A stretch of 64,000 bases of DNA from Trypanosoma brucei (Eukaryota). This document shows, in pieces, positions 20,101-28,701 of the stretch (position 1 is the first letter of the stretch; every line of letters begins with the position of its first letter). The notes beneath the pieces were generated by a model. The model was not told the DNA's origin. It made no database searches and worked only from the letters and a program-made list of their open reading frames with translations. The translations under genes were made by a program, and so were the position numbers. The DNA lies in NCBI GenBank assembly GCA_000002445.1, contig CH464491.1, positions 160,001 to 224,000 on the forward strand, in the 5' to 3' direction.

Positions 20101-20965
20101 CATGCGTACATGGGCTTTCGAGGCCGCGGGCAGCTCAGCGCATCTGTGTCGTCTCCAACGATAACATCGAAAAATATGTGATGGTGATCGCTATTGGGAG
20201 AATGAAGCGATGTCCACGTGTACACTGTGCAATTCCTTGACAGTGTCACATCAGGGGTGGACTCCCCGTGGTGGCGCGCGTTCCTGGTGCACTCACCAGT
20301 GTTGCAGACCAGAAACTGGTTGTCAATGCGCCACTGTGTGAGGGTTTCACCCTTGGTATTTGGTGGGCTCGCGCGATCCGATGCCAACGCGTGTGCGTTA
20401 GCGTCTGCACCGATGAGCTGTGAACTTTCAGTCGTCAGAAGCGTATCTAGGTCAGTTGCCGTGAAGGTGTGTTTTGGTGGGATGTATGCCGACGTGACAG
20501 TCAGCGCCGTTCCACGTGCAAGGTGAATTGTTGCATGCACTTGTTCAATGCGACCAATAACATGCATACCGGTCTCGACTGGTAGGTCCTCCCTCACTAG
20601 TATTGATACACCACCTCCTTTGCAGTTACGAGCTATTCCGTGATGTTGGTAGCCAGCAACGCTAAAGCAAGCCGCCTCTCCAGGCGTCATCCTTGTCTCG
20701 CTCAACAGACAAAAGGCGATCCGCTCATCAACAAGGGTTTTGTGGAGTGCTAATCTCTTTCCTTGAGATAGCCCGGCGCAGTTACACTGAATCCCGCGCA
20801 ACGACGGGCCGGGATTCTCTTCCACATCACTGGACAGCAGCATCTTAGTGCGGATGATACTGCTGATGGCACGCTGGCACGTGCCCAGGGACCGACAAAT
20901 GAAAAACGGTGTCCCAGCAAGACGCTGCTGATCCCTGTGCTACATGACGCCGTTGCCGGAGCAAA
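17132..20965 (-). mobile_element. ingi/L1Tc-clade non-LTR retrotransposon copy of about 3.8 kb. It is 5'-truncated just inside Pr77 and has no poly(A) of its own before the next element.
   Basis: The single ORF encodes 2A, AP endonuclease, reverse transcriptase (FADD) and RNase H (WTDGS). Its 5' region is near-identical to the short element at 16812-17040. The conserved Pr77 block is not seen at its 5' end. The 3' boundary is assigned at the point where the Pr77 of the next element starts. Confidence 0.8.
17535..20843 (-). CDS. Retrotransposon polyprotein of 1102 aa. It comprises an N-terminal 2A peptide (DVEENPGP), an apurinic/apyrimidinic endonuclease, a reverse transcriptase and RNase H.
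   Basis: The ATG at 20843 gives MLLSSDVEENPGPSLRGIQCNCAGLSQGKRLAL... RT motifs are present: ...DYEKAFDTV..., GVPQGTVLGPIMF and FFADDLTIL. The RNase H motif is ELWTDGSVSLGEKSGAAALL. There are no internal stops. An overlapping frame at 17512..17919 (-) holds Cys/His-rich remnants, possibly the C-terminal zinc-finger region out of frame. Confidence 0.9.
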   Translation of the reverse strand: MLLSSDVEENPGPSLRGIQCNCAGLSQGKRLALHKTLVDERIAFCLLSETRMTPGEAACFSVAGYQHHGIARNCKGGGVSILVREDLPVETGMHVIGRIEQVHATIHLARGTALTVTSAYIPPKHTFTATDLDTLLTTESSQLIGADANAHALASDRASPPNTKGETLTQWRIDNQFLVCNTGECTRNARHHGESTPDVTLSRNCTVYTWTSLHSPNSDHHHIFFDVIVGDDTDALSCPRPRKPMYAWLKADWRNFRLKVDEYCRKIGRKKNVNTLEQKLSSAIRIATKVSVPRGCRATSPHWTPELAKLDEEIAGCGPSHRGEKLVATRKQILDRITKKRWSTLYSRLAVSDRCSWHIFKKVYAPRPLTTPAVLVDNAAITDYRQAERFIKLYSSRARRHTDSHPPAPIKTIASEFSPITMAELRRSIKLLPSGSAAGPDCLYNEALQHLGRTALNVVLRLFNESLRTGVVPPAWKTGVIIPILKAGKKAEDLDSYRPVTLTSCLCKVMERIIAARLRDTVESQLTPQQSGFRPGCSTLEQLLHVRAALCRPTHQSRTGAVFVDYEKAFDTVDHDKIAREMHRMKVSPHIVKWCVSFLSNRTGRVRFKEKLSRSRTFERGVPQGTVLGPIMFIIVMNSLSQRLAEVPLLQHGFFADDLTILARHTERDVINHTLQCGLNVVLQWSKEYFMSVNVAKTKCTLFGCIERHSLTLQLDGKRIGADRTLKLLGVTFQSLQGMATHAAETRRKMDFRLLQIAAISASTWGPRRQVLRAFYLALVQAHTMHGIEVWYWDASKRSRDLLAAAQHKASRITAGIQHGTRKEDSLLEANLLPLKTATLVRSMKFMLMCESRGGCLRRSAEEVYHSKHPVRVLHSRIMRFYPHLHIEPREHPLETSTLHHSCRPIFHTQIKPVCADDPDDVKREASEKWIARHFARRGKEPPRREHYELWTDGSVSLGEKSGAAALLYRNNTLICAPKTGAGKLSCSYRAECIVLELGARSVLKNLSMREKTMRKLSIFNNSPSLPTALANGSLSAIEPPARELWRPVLKIESRKASIGLQFVFTSSGVTREEALGERWKRACASPSPCIVNGCCEISTRE

Positions 20966-21380
20966 GCACTGCTCCAAACAAGAGGAACAATGACGTTCCG
21001 TCTGTGCAGAAAGCGAGTTTATGGGCCTTGGGGCCGCGGTGGTGTGGGTGATGTTTTCGTTGAATGAAAAGGCCCCGCCGCCTCATTCGCGTTGCGCGGG
21101 AGGAAGATCAAACCACCTCAGATGTGAATGTTTTTGCTTACTGAAATAAAGCTGTGCTGTGCCAGTCTCGGCGTGTCCGGTGTTTGCGCACCTGAAACTC
21201 CCCTTTGTGGTGCAATATCTTCTTTAGGGACTGTTCGAGTATGTCGGGGTTTTCAGGGACAGCGCGAACCTACTGCGCGCGGTGGATTGGGCTCATTTTC
21301 CAAGGCGGAGTGGTGCCGGTTCTTGGATGCACGGCCGGTCCGCAGCTGCGAGTTCGTCAGCGCCAGCCCTTCGGACCTCA

Positions 21381-21390
21381 GGGGGGGGGG
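21381..21390 (+). repeat. G10 homopolymer inside the strand-switch region.
   Basis: cctca gggggggggg aagtt is read directly. Confidence 0.9.
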
Positions 21391-22049
21391 AAGTTAGGGC
21401 CTGTTTCCCTTTCTAAATCCCCTCAACTACTGTTGGTTAAAAGAATGCAGGGAGTAGAACCGGAGGGGGGAAGCGTCGGGTCCGCCCCGCGTGAAAGCGG
21501 CTGGGGCGTACGACAGGCTTCGCGAGCTGGGGGCGGTTGTGTTTCGCGTGGGTCCGTTATATTTACCCCTTCCGTTTGTATCTCCACTAAAGAGAAAGTG
21601 GTGTCCCGATCCACACTGTATTGCTTCGCCGTGTGCAATTGCTGTGCCGCTGGGGAGTGCCTTACGGCGTCGTGGGACCGACGTGGCTCGGGGACTTAAG
21701 GTGCGCCCTTAAACACCGTGGCTGCTGCCTGGTCATGTGTTTATGCTTTGCGATGTGAGGCATTGTGGGGTCGGGCCTTTATGCGGACCCCTGAGGCGTT
21801 AGTATGCTTGTTTCTCTCGATCCTCTCTGTTTGTGCGCGTATGTTTTCCCCCTCCATGTTTTAGGGAGGGCGGTGGATGGGGAGATGTCACTGAACAACG
21901 TAGCTGTTGATTATTGCTGCTATGTTATTTTATTTTCCTAAGGCCACATTGTGGTGCCTAAATACCTGGGTTATCGTCACGCGCATTTATCATTTTTCTA
22001 TTTAGCCTTTATAGCTGATCCTTCTTTCAAATACATTTGCTTGTTCTAG

Positions 22050-22054
<5 letters not shown>

Positions 22055-22110
<56 letters not shown>
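22055..22110. repeat. (TA)n microsatellite of about 28 units.
   Basis: tatata... is read directly from about 22055 to 22110. Confidence 0.95.
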
Positions 22111-22113
<3 letters not shown>

Positions 22114-24484
22114 TGCAAATGGCATCTTGGTGCACTTGTTCCGTTGCCGGGGTGATTATTTTCAGAGCGTATATACACCGCTTGTGGGTGATCGCGGTTT
22201 CAAGCCGGTTTGCTTTTGTTTTTGAGGACATGTATTGGGGGTGTTACCACTTTTTTGTTAATTGATATTGTGCACTTTTTTGTTTCGGTAAAAAGAAAAA
22301 AAATGACAGTGATATTATTTTTTTTTTTCGCTTACCTTCTATACATATATATATACTTGTCGGTGATACGTGTTTGTGTTTGGTGCTGATAATGCTTGCG
22401 CTGGGAGTTTCTTTTGTTGGTGTTTGTTTTCTCTGTAAATAAGATCGGCTTTCATTTCACTAATAGTCCTTGTAATATATCTTTTTTTTCTTTTTTTTCT
22501 AGGGGGCCATTAGTGCATGTAAGGAGCACTCTTAAGGGAACTTTTGTCAGCAGAATAATCAATGGTAAGTGTTGTACTTTGGCCATTGCGAGTGCGCTGG
22601 ACTTTGGGAGCTGGTACTGATACTTCTGTCTTGACGGATTCAAAAAAAAGACAAAAAACTTCACAACTTTTTCCGAAAGAAAGTGAAGTTTATCCTCTCA
22701 AATCAAGTGCGGATCTGTCGCTTTGCACACGCGCTGGTTGACAATAGATCGATGAGTGACATGTCTGATCACCCTGTGGTGCGGGTCTTTATTAATTGTC
22801 TTGCTCTTTATTGATTCATCTGTGCTTTGGCGACGTAGGCGGAGTAGAGGATTGCCAATTCCGTCCTTTGGAATGGTTTACCGTCTTATTTTATTTTGTT
22901 AACCCAGTTGTCTTATGTGTAATCCTTTATCGGCCGGTGCGAGCTGTGGGTGGGATGCCGATCGTTTTTTCTTCTGCAACGGCAGAGAGTAGTGCTGATG
23001 GATATCGGTAAAGGGTGTTTGCTGCGTTGGTGAAGTGAGTATGTCGATGGAAGGGTACGCATATAATTAATATATCTGGTGCTTTTTCTTCTTATTGAGT
23101 AGCTTTTGAGAGCTCGGGACGGTAAAGTTAGTTGCCGCATTAGGTGTATGTTGTTCTGGTTAATTTCTGTTCAGATCCTTACGGTAAGCACGAAACCATT
23201 ACACCTGGTATGCTTTAATCCGTTAATTCAGGCGGTTCCACATTTGGTTCAATCACTGAAATACAGCTGAATTTTTAAATTCTTGTTTTAAAATTACCTC
23301 ACTTAATAAAAGGAAGGAAATGACACATCAAAGTAATGGAAATGCTGCATTGTACACCTGTGGGTGAGCTGATGAAGTAATAAAATATGGACCCGCGCGT
23401 TAAAGCCGTTTGTTTCCATCAGCAATGCCCTCGTGTCGGTTGTTTTCCCTTTTTGTCTTTCCATTATTCCACTGTAAGTAGTTTGCTTGAATTACGGTTT
23501 GATAAAAGGAACTGATTCACCTGGGTGTCTGCCGTAGTCGGAAGGGTGGGCGGAAACGTTGCTGTTTTCTGTGAGGTAGTTAACTCTTTGCTGCTATAAT
23601 CTTTACAATACCGTTTTAAGATGTGTATGTTATTTTTAGGTGTAGTTTCCTGGCATTTTTGTGGACAGATGATGTTTGTCTACGTTTATGGAACCAGTAA
23701 GTAGGAAAAGATGTATGAATTAACAAAAGGTATTTGTGCATCAGTGACTAGCGTTTTTTCCTCGTGTACAGTAATGTCTCTCTGGTACAGTTATTAATTG
23801 TTAGAGCGCGGTGCTGTGATCTCGGGTGTAACAACTGAATCTTTTTTTTGTTTCCTTGCTGAAGTGTATGGCTCTTTCTGGAATAACACATATGTAATTA
23901 TGCCATTGCTTACAGTGGAAGTAGGGGTGGCTAACATAATGATTTGTCCTTTTGATAACACTGTATTGAAGGAAGAATTATCGCTCTTTTAGTTTTCCTG
24001 TTCTTTGTCTGTGGTCTTGTAAGTTGGTGATATTGTGTATTAAGCTTTCAATTTTTCTTTATAATTTGCAGTAGGCAGTTGTCTCTTGCGGTCATTTGGC
24101 CTACGGTATAGGATGTGTTAAGGTGTAGCTCACGTAAGTAAAGTTCATGATCGAATTCTTTTTGATTTTCGTTTTCACACATTTGATCCTTAAAGACTTA
24201 CACATGCCCTCTTTTTCATTATTATTATCTTGTTCATGAGTTGATGCGACATTGGTGGGTAGGGTTAGATGACCTTTTCTCTTTGACGCAATATGTCGCG
24301 GTTGTTACGTTCGCTTAGACACCAACGTCTCTTGTTTGTTATTTATGTATATTTGGGTACAACCGTTTTTCATTCGTTTCCCTTTGTCTTATAGTAACTT
24401 CATATATATATATTAATTTTAACGAGTTTGTATTTTTGTTTTCCTTACAATTATTGTAACCTACCATTCGGTTTATCACCCATA

Positions 24485-24549
24485 CTATTATTACCCTTAT
24501 TTTTCTTTCTTGATATAGACCTTGAGTTCTTCTGCTTTAAATCTACACA
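24485..24549 (+). promoter_or_regulatory. Pyrimidine-rich tract with a downstream AG. It is the probable trans-splicing acceptor region for eIF5A.
   Basis: The sequence ttattacccttatttttctttcttgatatagaccttgagttcttctgctttaaatctacacaATG fits the kinetoplastid poly(Y) plus AG splice-acceptor architecture immediately 5' of the first ATG. Confidence 0.4.
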
Positions 24550-25050
24550 ATGTCTGACGATGAGGGACAGTTTGCCGAAGGCGGAGCGCAGGTGGGCTCT
24601 CTGACGTATCCGATGCAGGCAGGCGCTCTGAAAAAGGGCGGCTACATTTGCATTAATGGACGTCCGTGCAAGGTAATCGATCTTTCAGTGTCAAAAACTG
24701 GAAAACACGGTCATGCAAAGGTGAGCATCGTTGCCCTTGACATTTTCACCGGAAACAAGATGGAAGATCAGGCCCCCTCAACTCACAACGTTGAGGTGCC
24801 CTTCGTGAAAACTGCAACGTACAGCGTACTGGACATTCAGGAAGATCGTGAAGACCCCAGCAAGCCAGCTCACCTTTCGCTCATGGACGATGAGGGTGAG
24901 ACTCGGGATAACCTGGACATGCCTCCCAACGCGGAACTCGCAGGGCAAATCAAGGAACAGTTTGATGCAGGAAAGGACGTTTTGGTCGTTGTTGTTTCTG
25001 CTATGGGAATTGACCAGATTCTCAGTTTCAAGAATGCAGCTGAGCGATAA
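24550..25050 (+). CDS. EIF5A: Eukaryotic translation initiation factor 5A (eIF5A, hypusine-containing).
   Basis: The ORF starts at an ATG and encodes 166 aa. It carries the hypusination loop [12 protein letters not shown] ([13 protein letters not shown]) and the overall eIF5A fold signature (GRPCKVIDL..., C-terminal OB region). Confidence 0.95.
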   Translation: MSDDEGQFAEGGAQVGSLTYPMQAGALKKGGYICINGRPCKVIDLSVSKTGKHGHAKVSIVALDIFTGNKMEDQAPSTHNVEVPFVKTATYSVLDIQEDREDPSKPAHLSLMDDEGETRDNLDMPPNAELAGQIKEQFDAGKDVLVVVVSAMGIDQILSFKNAAER

Positions 25051-25393
25051 GGCCGTAAGTTCTAGGTTAATATATTTTTTTCTTTATCTTTTTCTATACA
25101 ATGTCTTAAAAGAAGAGTATGAGACACCCATGTTCTAAATTGTTAGCTGATTTTGTCGAGAATAGGGGTTATGTAGCCCCGTGTCCGTGTTTGACGTTGT
25201 TGATGTAACTCTCGTGCTAAGAGGTCATGAAAATTTGCCTCTCCCAGCTTCTCTTTGTGCTTTACAAACACATACACACACAGAAAAAAAAGGAGCGCAT
25301 AACGAGCGGTTGTATATATGTATGTGTACGTACACAATAAGGATAGAGGAGAGACTAGGAATACTTTCTTCACGAGGATAAGGCCCTTTTAAT

Positions 25394-28348
25394 ATGACAA
25401 GCAAACATAGTGCTGTATTAACTATAACCGAAAAGGGTGATTGGAGAACTGCGAAAAATGGCGAGAAGGTATGGCGGTATATGGTGCAAACGGCACCGAC
25501 GATGAGAGCTCGCTGCAGAAAATGTTCACAACCTATTTTAAAAGGTGACCTGAAATGGGGAACTCCTATACGTCATTCCCATGGAGCGTATGGGTGGATT
25601 ACCGCCTGGCATCATGTGGGGTGTACGAGAATTGCTGAACGTAAGGGCTTTAGTGACATAGTACATGGAATAGACTTACTTCCACCTGAGAAACGGGCGC
25701 AGGTCGTTGCGGAGGTGACATCCGACTCGATGCCTGAGCATTTACTACCTTTGAATCCTGACGATTTAGTAAAAAAACCTCTTCTTCCCGAAACTGAAGC
25801 ACCAGCTGAGTTGCTAAGACCACTTCTTCGTTATCAAAAGGAGGGTCTTGGCTGGATGGTGTCACAGGAGTTGTCTCAAGTTAAGGGGGGAATATTGGCT
25901 GATGAAATGGGTATGGGTAAAACAATCCAGATGATCAGTCTTTTTCTCGCCCGTCGCCTCGTGGGACCTACACTGGTTGTTTGCCCAGTTAGTTCAATGC
26001 TCCAGTGGGAATCTGAGGTGAAAGACCATGTGGTGTCCGGTTCCCTTTCGGTGGTAGTGGTGAGCCGTACCAAAAATGTGAGAAGGGATGATATTCAAAA
26101 TGCTGATGTGGTTTTGACTACGTATCCGATGCTCGAACAGTCTTGGAGGGAGCTAGTCAACAAGAAAAGAGTTCCATGCCCTTACTGCCAACAGCTTTAT
26201 TTGCCGCGGCAGCTTGTTGTGCACAATCGGTATTTTTGCGGGCCTCATGCAAAGAAAACTTCTAAACAGGCGAAGCGTGAAAAACGACAAGGTGGCACTG
26301 GTTCTTCTCCCACTCGAAAAGTTCAAGCAAAAGAAACGATTATGAAGGGGCTTCGTACGTTGCGTGTCGATGTTGACGATAACGCGGAGGAAGGGGAGGA
26401 TTCTGTGTTCGAGGAAGGACCACGGGGTGTTGTTGGACCAATGGGCTTGTATCGTGAGCTCATGGTTGAGGCCGGGCGCAAAGTTAGGAGCCGTTGGGAC
26501 CCCGCGTACGTGGGAAGTGACAGCAGTGGGGATACCAACAATTCTACCACAGAAAGTTCCACCTCATCGGAACGGGATGACTCAGAGGAGGTGTTGTCGA
26601 AAGAGGAGGTGGCCGATGACAAGCTTAGCTCGTTCCGGTGCTTGCACTGCGGGTTTCAGTTGCTACGATACCCGTTTTGCCCTAAGATAGGGCAATGTCA
26701 CGTTCTCTCTGATTATATGAAACAAATAATTGAGACTGACGACGGTAGTGACGGCGTTGACCTATCTCAATCAGTTTTCCACTCGGTAACCTGGAGTCGG
26801 ATTGTTCTGGACGAAGCTCATAGAATAAAAGGTAGCAACACAAGTACGTCAAGGGCTGCCTTTGCCTTGGTAGGTGAGCACAGGTGGTGCCTCACGGGAA
26901 CCCCTCTACAAAATCGTGTAGGGGATGTGTACAGCCTGGTTCGTTTTCTACGGTTGGCGCCTTATGCAAGGTATTATTGTGGAACTGAGGGGTGCTCCTG
27001 CTCGTCCTTTTCTCATCCATTTTCTGGAAATGATTTACGACACTGTATATTTTGTGGTCATGGACCGGTCCAACATTATGCTTATTTTAATCGCCATATT
27101 TTAAATCCTATAATACGTTATGGTTACGTTGGCGACGGCAGGCGGGGAATGATGATGCTCTCTAATGAAATCCTCCAGAAGTGTATGCTGAGGAGGACGA
27201 AGGCCGAAAGAGCAAGCGACTTGCACTTGCCGCCAATGACCGTGGAAACGTTCCAAGTAAAGCTGACCGATGAGGAGAGAAGCTTCTATGAGTCGTTGTA
27301 CAAAAAAAGCACTGCCGCTTTTGATACCTTTGTTGAGAAAGGAACGGTGCTTCATAACTATGCCCACATCTTTCAACTTTTGAGTCGTTTGAGGCAGGCT
27401 TTGGATCACCCACTGATTGTCATTAATTCTATGAATGTCGGTGGCTCGTCGTGCTCGAAGGGGATGTGTGGAATTTGCACTGAGAGTTGTGGAGAGAACT
27501 CAGTACAGGTTGACCCTTGTAAGCATACCTTCCACCGGATTTGTCTTTCGCAATTTGTCGAAAGCCAACCTTTAAAGGAATATAATTGCCCTGTGTGTTA
27601 TGTGGCTATCAACATCGACCTGCGGAGTCTACACTCAGGGTGGGACGAAGACGGTGCCCAACCTGTTCTTCCTCCAGAGTTAGTTCACTCAGACAACGAA
27701 AGCGATGAAAACAACGTTGAGGAGGAAAGTAAAGGGAGGAAACTAGATGATTCTGCGGAGGGGAAATCCGCTCGAGCGAGATCGGTCAAGAAACGAGGCA
27801 TACTCTCCCGGATTGATTCATCAAAACCTCTTCGAGGGACGAAACTGGATGCCATAACAGAATACATTTGCAGCATTCCAGAGGAGGAAAAGGTAATTGT
27901 GTTTTCTCAATTTGGGGATACTCTGGACCTCATTCAGTTGTGGTTACAGAAGGTGAAAGTAAAGACGGTGAAACTTGTGGGGTCGCTCATGTTATCGCAG
28001 CGGCAAGCGGTTCTCAGGGCTTTCTTGCATGATAAGAGCGTTCGAGCCATCCTTATTTCTCTCAAGGCCGGTGGGGAGGGTTTAAATTTACAAATTGCTA
28101 ACCATGTTGTACTTGTTGATCCTTGGTGGAATCCCGCGGTTGAAATGCAGGCGGCGCAGCGAGCCCATCGTATTGGGCAGACGCGACCCGTTCGCGTGGT
28201 CCGTTTTGTCACTGAACGTTCTGTAGAGGAGCGCATGTTGGAGTTACAAGAAAAGAAGATGCTGGTTATTGAGGGGACTATCGATGGTAAGGTAAGTTCG
28301 CTGCAGAGTCTTAGCGAGGATGATCTTCAGTTTCTGTTCACGAGGTAG
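25394..28348 (+). CDS. SNF2-family DNA-dependent ATPase with an N-terminal PARP-type zinc finger and an embedded RING finger (RAD5/RAD16-like DNA repair protein).
   Basis: The ORF starts at an ATG and encodes 984 aa. The N-terminal zf-PARP-like module is WRYMVQTAPTMRARCRKCSQPILKGDLKWG...HSHGAYGWITAWHHVGC. The SNF2 N-terminal motifs are LLRYQKEGLGWMV, ILADEMGMGKTIQ and DEAH. The RING is CGICTESCGEN...PCKHTFHRICLSQ...CPVC. The helicase C-terminal motifs are LISLKAGGEGLNL and VDPWWNPAVEMQAAQRAHRIGQTRPV. Confidence 0.9.
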   Translation: MTSKHSAVLTITEKGDWRTAKNGEKVWRYMVQTAPTMRARCRKCSQPILKGDLKWGTPIRHSHGAYGWITAWHHVGCTRIAERKGFSDIVHGIDLLPPEKRAQVVAEVTSDSMPEHLLPLNPDDLVKKPLLPETEAPAELLRPLLRYQKEGLGWMVSQELSQVKGGILADEMGMGKTIQMISLFLARRLVGPTLVVCPVSSMLQWESEVKDHVVSGSLSVVVVSRTKNVRRDDIQNADVVLTTYPMLEQSWRELVNKKRVPCPYCQQLYLPRQLVVHNRYFCGPHAKKTSKQAKREKRQGGTGSSPTRKVQAKETIMKGLRTLRVDVDDNAEEGEDSVFEEGPRGVVGPMGLYRELMVEAGRKVRSRWDPAYVGSDSSGDTNNSTTESSTSSERDDSEEVLSKEEVADDKLSSFRCLHCGFQLLRYPFCPKIGQCHVLSDYMKQIIETDDGSDGVDLSQSVFHSVTWSRIVLDEAHRIKGSNTSTSRAAFALVGEHRWCLTGTPLQNRVGDVYSLVRFLRLAPYARYYCGTEGCSCSSFSHPFSGNDLRHCIFCGHGPVQHYAYFNRHILNPIIRYGYVGDGRRGMMMLSNEILQKCMLRRTKAERASDLHLPPMTVETFQVKLTDEERSFYESLYKKSTAAFDTFVEKGTVLHNYAHIFQLLSRLRQALDHPLIVINSMNVGGSSCSKGMCGICTESCGENSVQVDPCKHTFHRICLSQFVESQPLKEYNCPVCYVAINIDLRSLHSGWDEDGAQPVLPPELVHSDNESDENNVEEESKGRKLDDSAEGKSARARSVKKRGILSRIDSSKPLRGTKLDAITEYICSIPEEEKVIVFSQFGDTLDLIQLWLQKVKVKTVKLVGSLMLSQRQAVLRAFLHDKSVRAILISLKAGGEGLNLQIANHVVLVDPWWNPAVEMQAAQRAHRIGQTRPVRVVRFVTERSVEERMLELQEKKMLVIEGTIDGKVSSLQSLSEDDLQFLFTR

Positions 28349-28384
28349 GTCGTGGACTGCAGCCCGCCTTTCTGCCTTCTGTTC

Positions 28385-28410
28385 AAAACAAAACAAAACA
28401 AAACAATCCT
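28385..28410 (+). repeat. (AAAAC)5 pentanucleotide repeat just 3' of the SNF2 gene.
   Basis: caaaacaaaacaaaacaaaacaa is read directly. Confidence 0.85.
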
Positions 28411-28701
28411 ATTAATGTGTTTGTTATCTCTTTTCTAAAATTCAGTGTGAACGGCGACTTTGGTTGTGTGTGCTGCACTTGAAAAGGGTAAATACATGGT
28501 GTTCCACTAGGTCATCCAACATTAACTCGTTGACTGGTCAGTGTTAACTCTAAACGAAGAACTCTCCGTGCTTTGAATTAGTTTCTGTTTTCTTTTTTTT
28601 TTTCGTACTGGTATTAGTGGTGGAGGAAAAAATTTAAAAGGGTGATTTATAATCGCAACAACAGGATATATATACAAGCTTAAAGGACCCATACTGTCAG
28701 A

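Larger units (their letters stand above)
20966..24549. promoter_or_regulatory. Divergent strand-switch region of about 3.5 kb that separates the minus-strand and plus-strand polycistrons. It is the presumed bidirectional RNA polymerase II transcription start region.
   Basis: Every supported gene left of 20.97 kb is on the minus strand, and every supported gene from 24.55 kb onward is on the plus strand. No long ORF lies in between. The region contains a GC-rich block (21.0-21.8 kb), a G10 run (21381-21390), a (TA)28 microsatellite (22055-22110), and AT-rich and T-rich sequence up to the eIF5A start. Confidence 0.6.

Noticed and set aside
21205-21699. A 164-aa ORF on the plus strand inside the GC-rich block of the strand-switch region.
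   Set aside because: It is Gly/Arg/Ser/Pro-rich and low-complexity, consistent with random ORFs in GC-rich DNA. Other ORFs overlap it on both strands, and there is no start context or domain.
21000-24549. I looked for tRNA, snRNA, SL RNA or 5S genes in the strand-switch region, because these often cluster at kinetoplastid strand-switch regions. I searched by eye for B-box GGTTCGANTCC, SL exon ...CTGTACTATATTG and the U6 core GATTAGCATGGCCCCTGCGCAAGGATGACACGCA.
   Set aside because: I found no convincing A/B boxes or conserved snRNA cores. A tRNAscan-SE or Infernal run is still needed to be sure.
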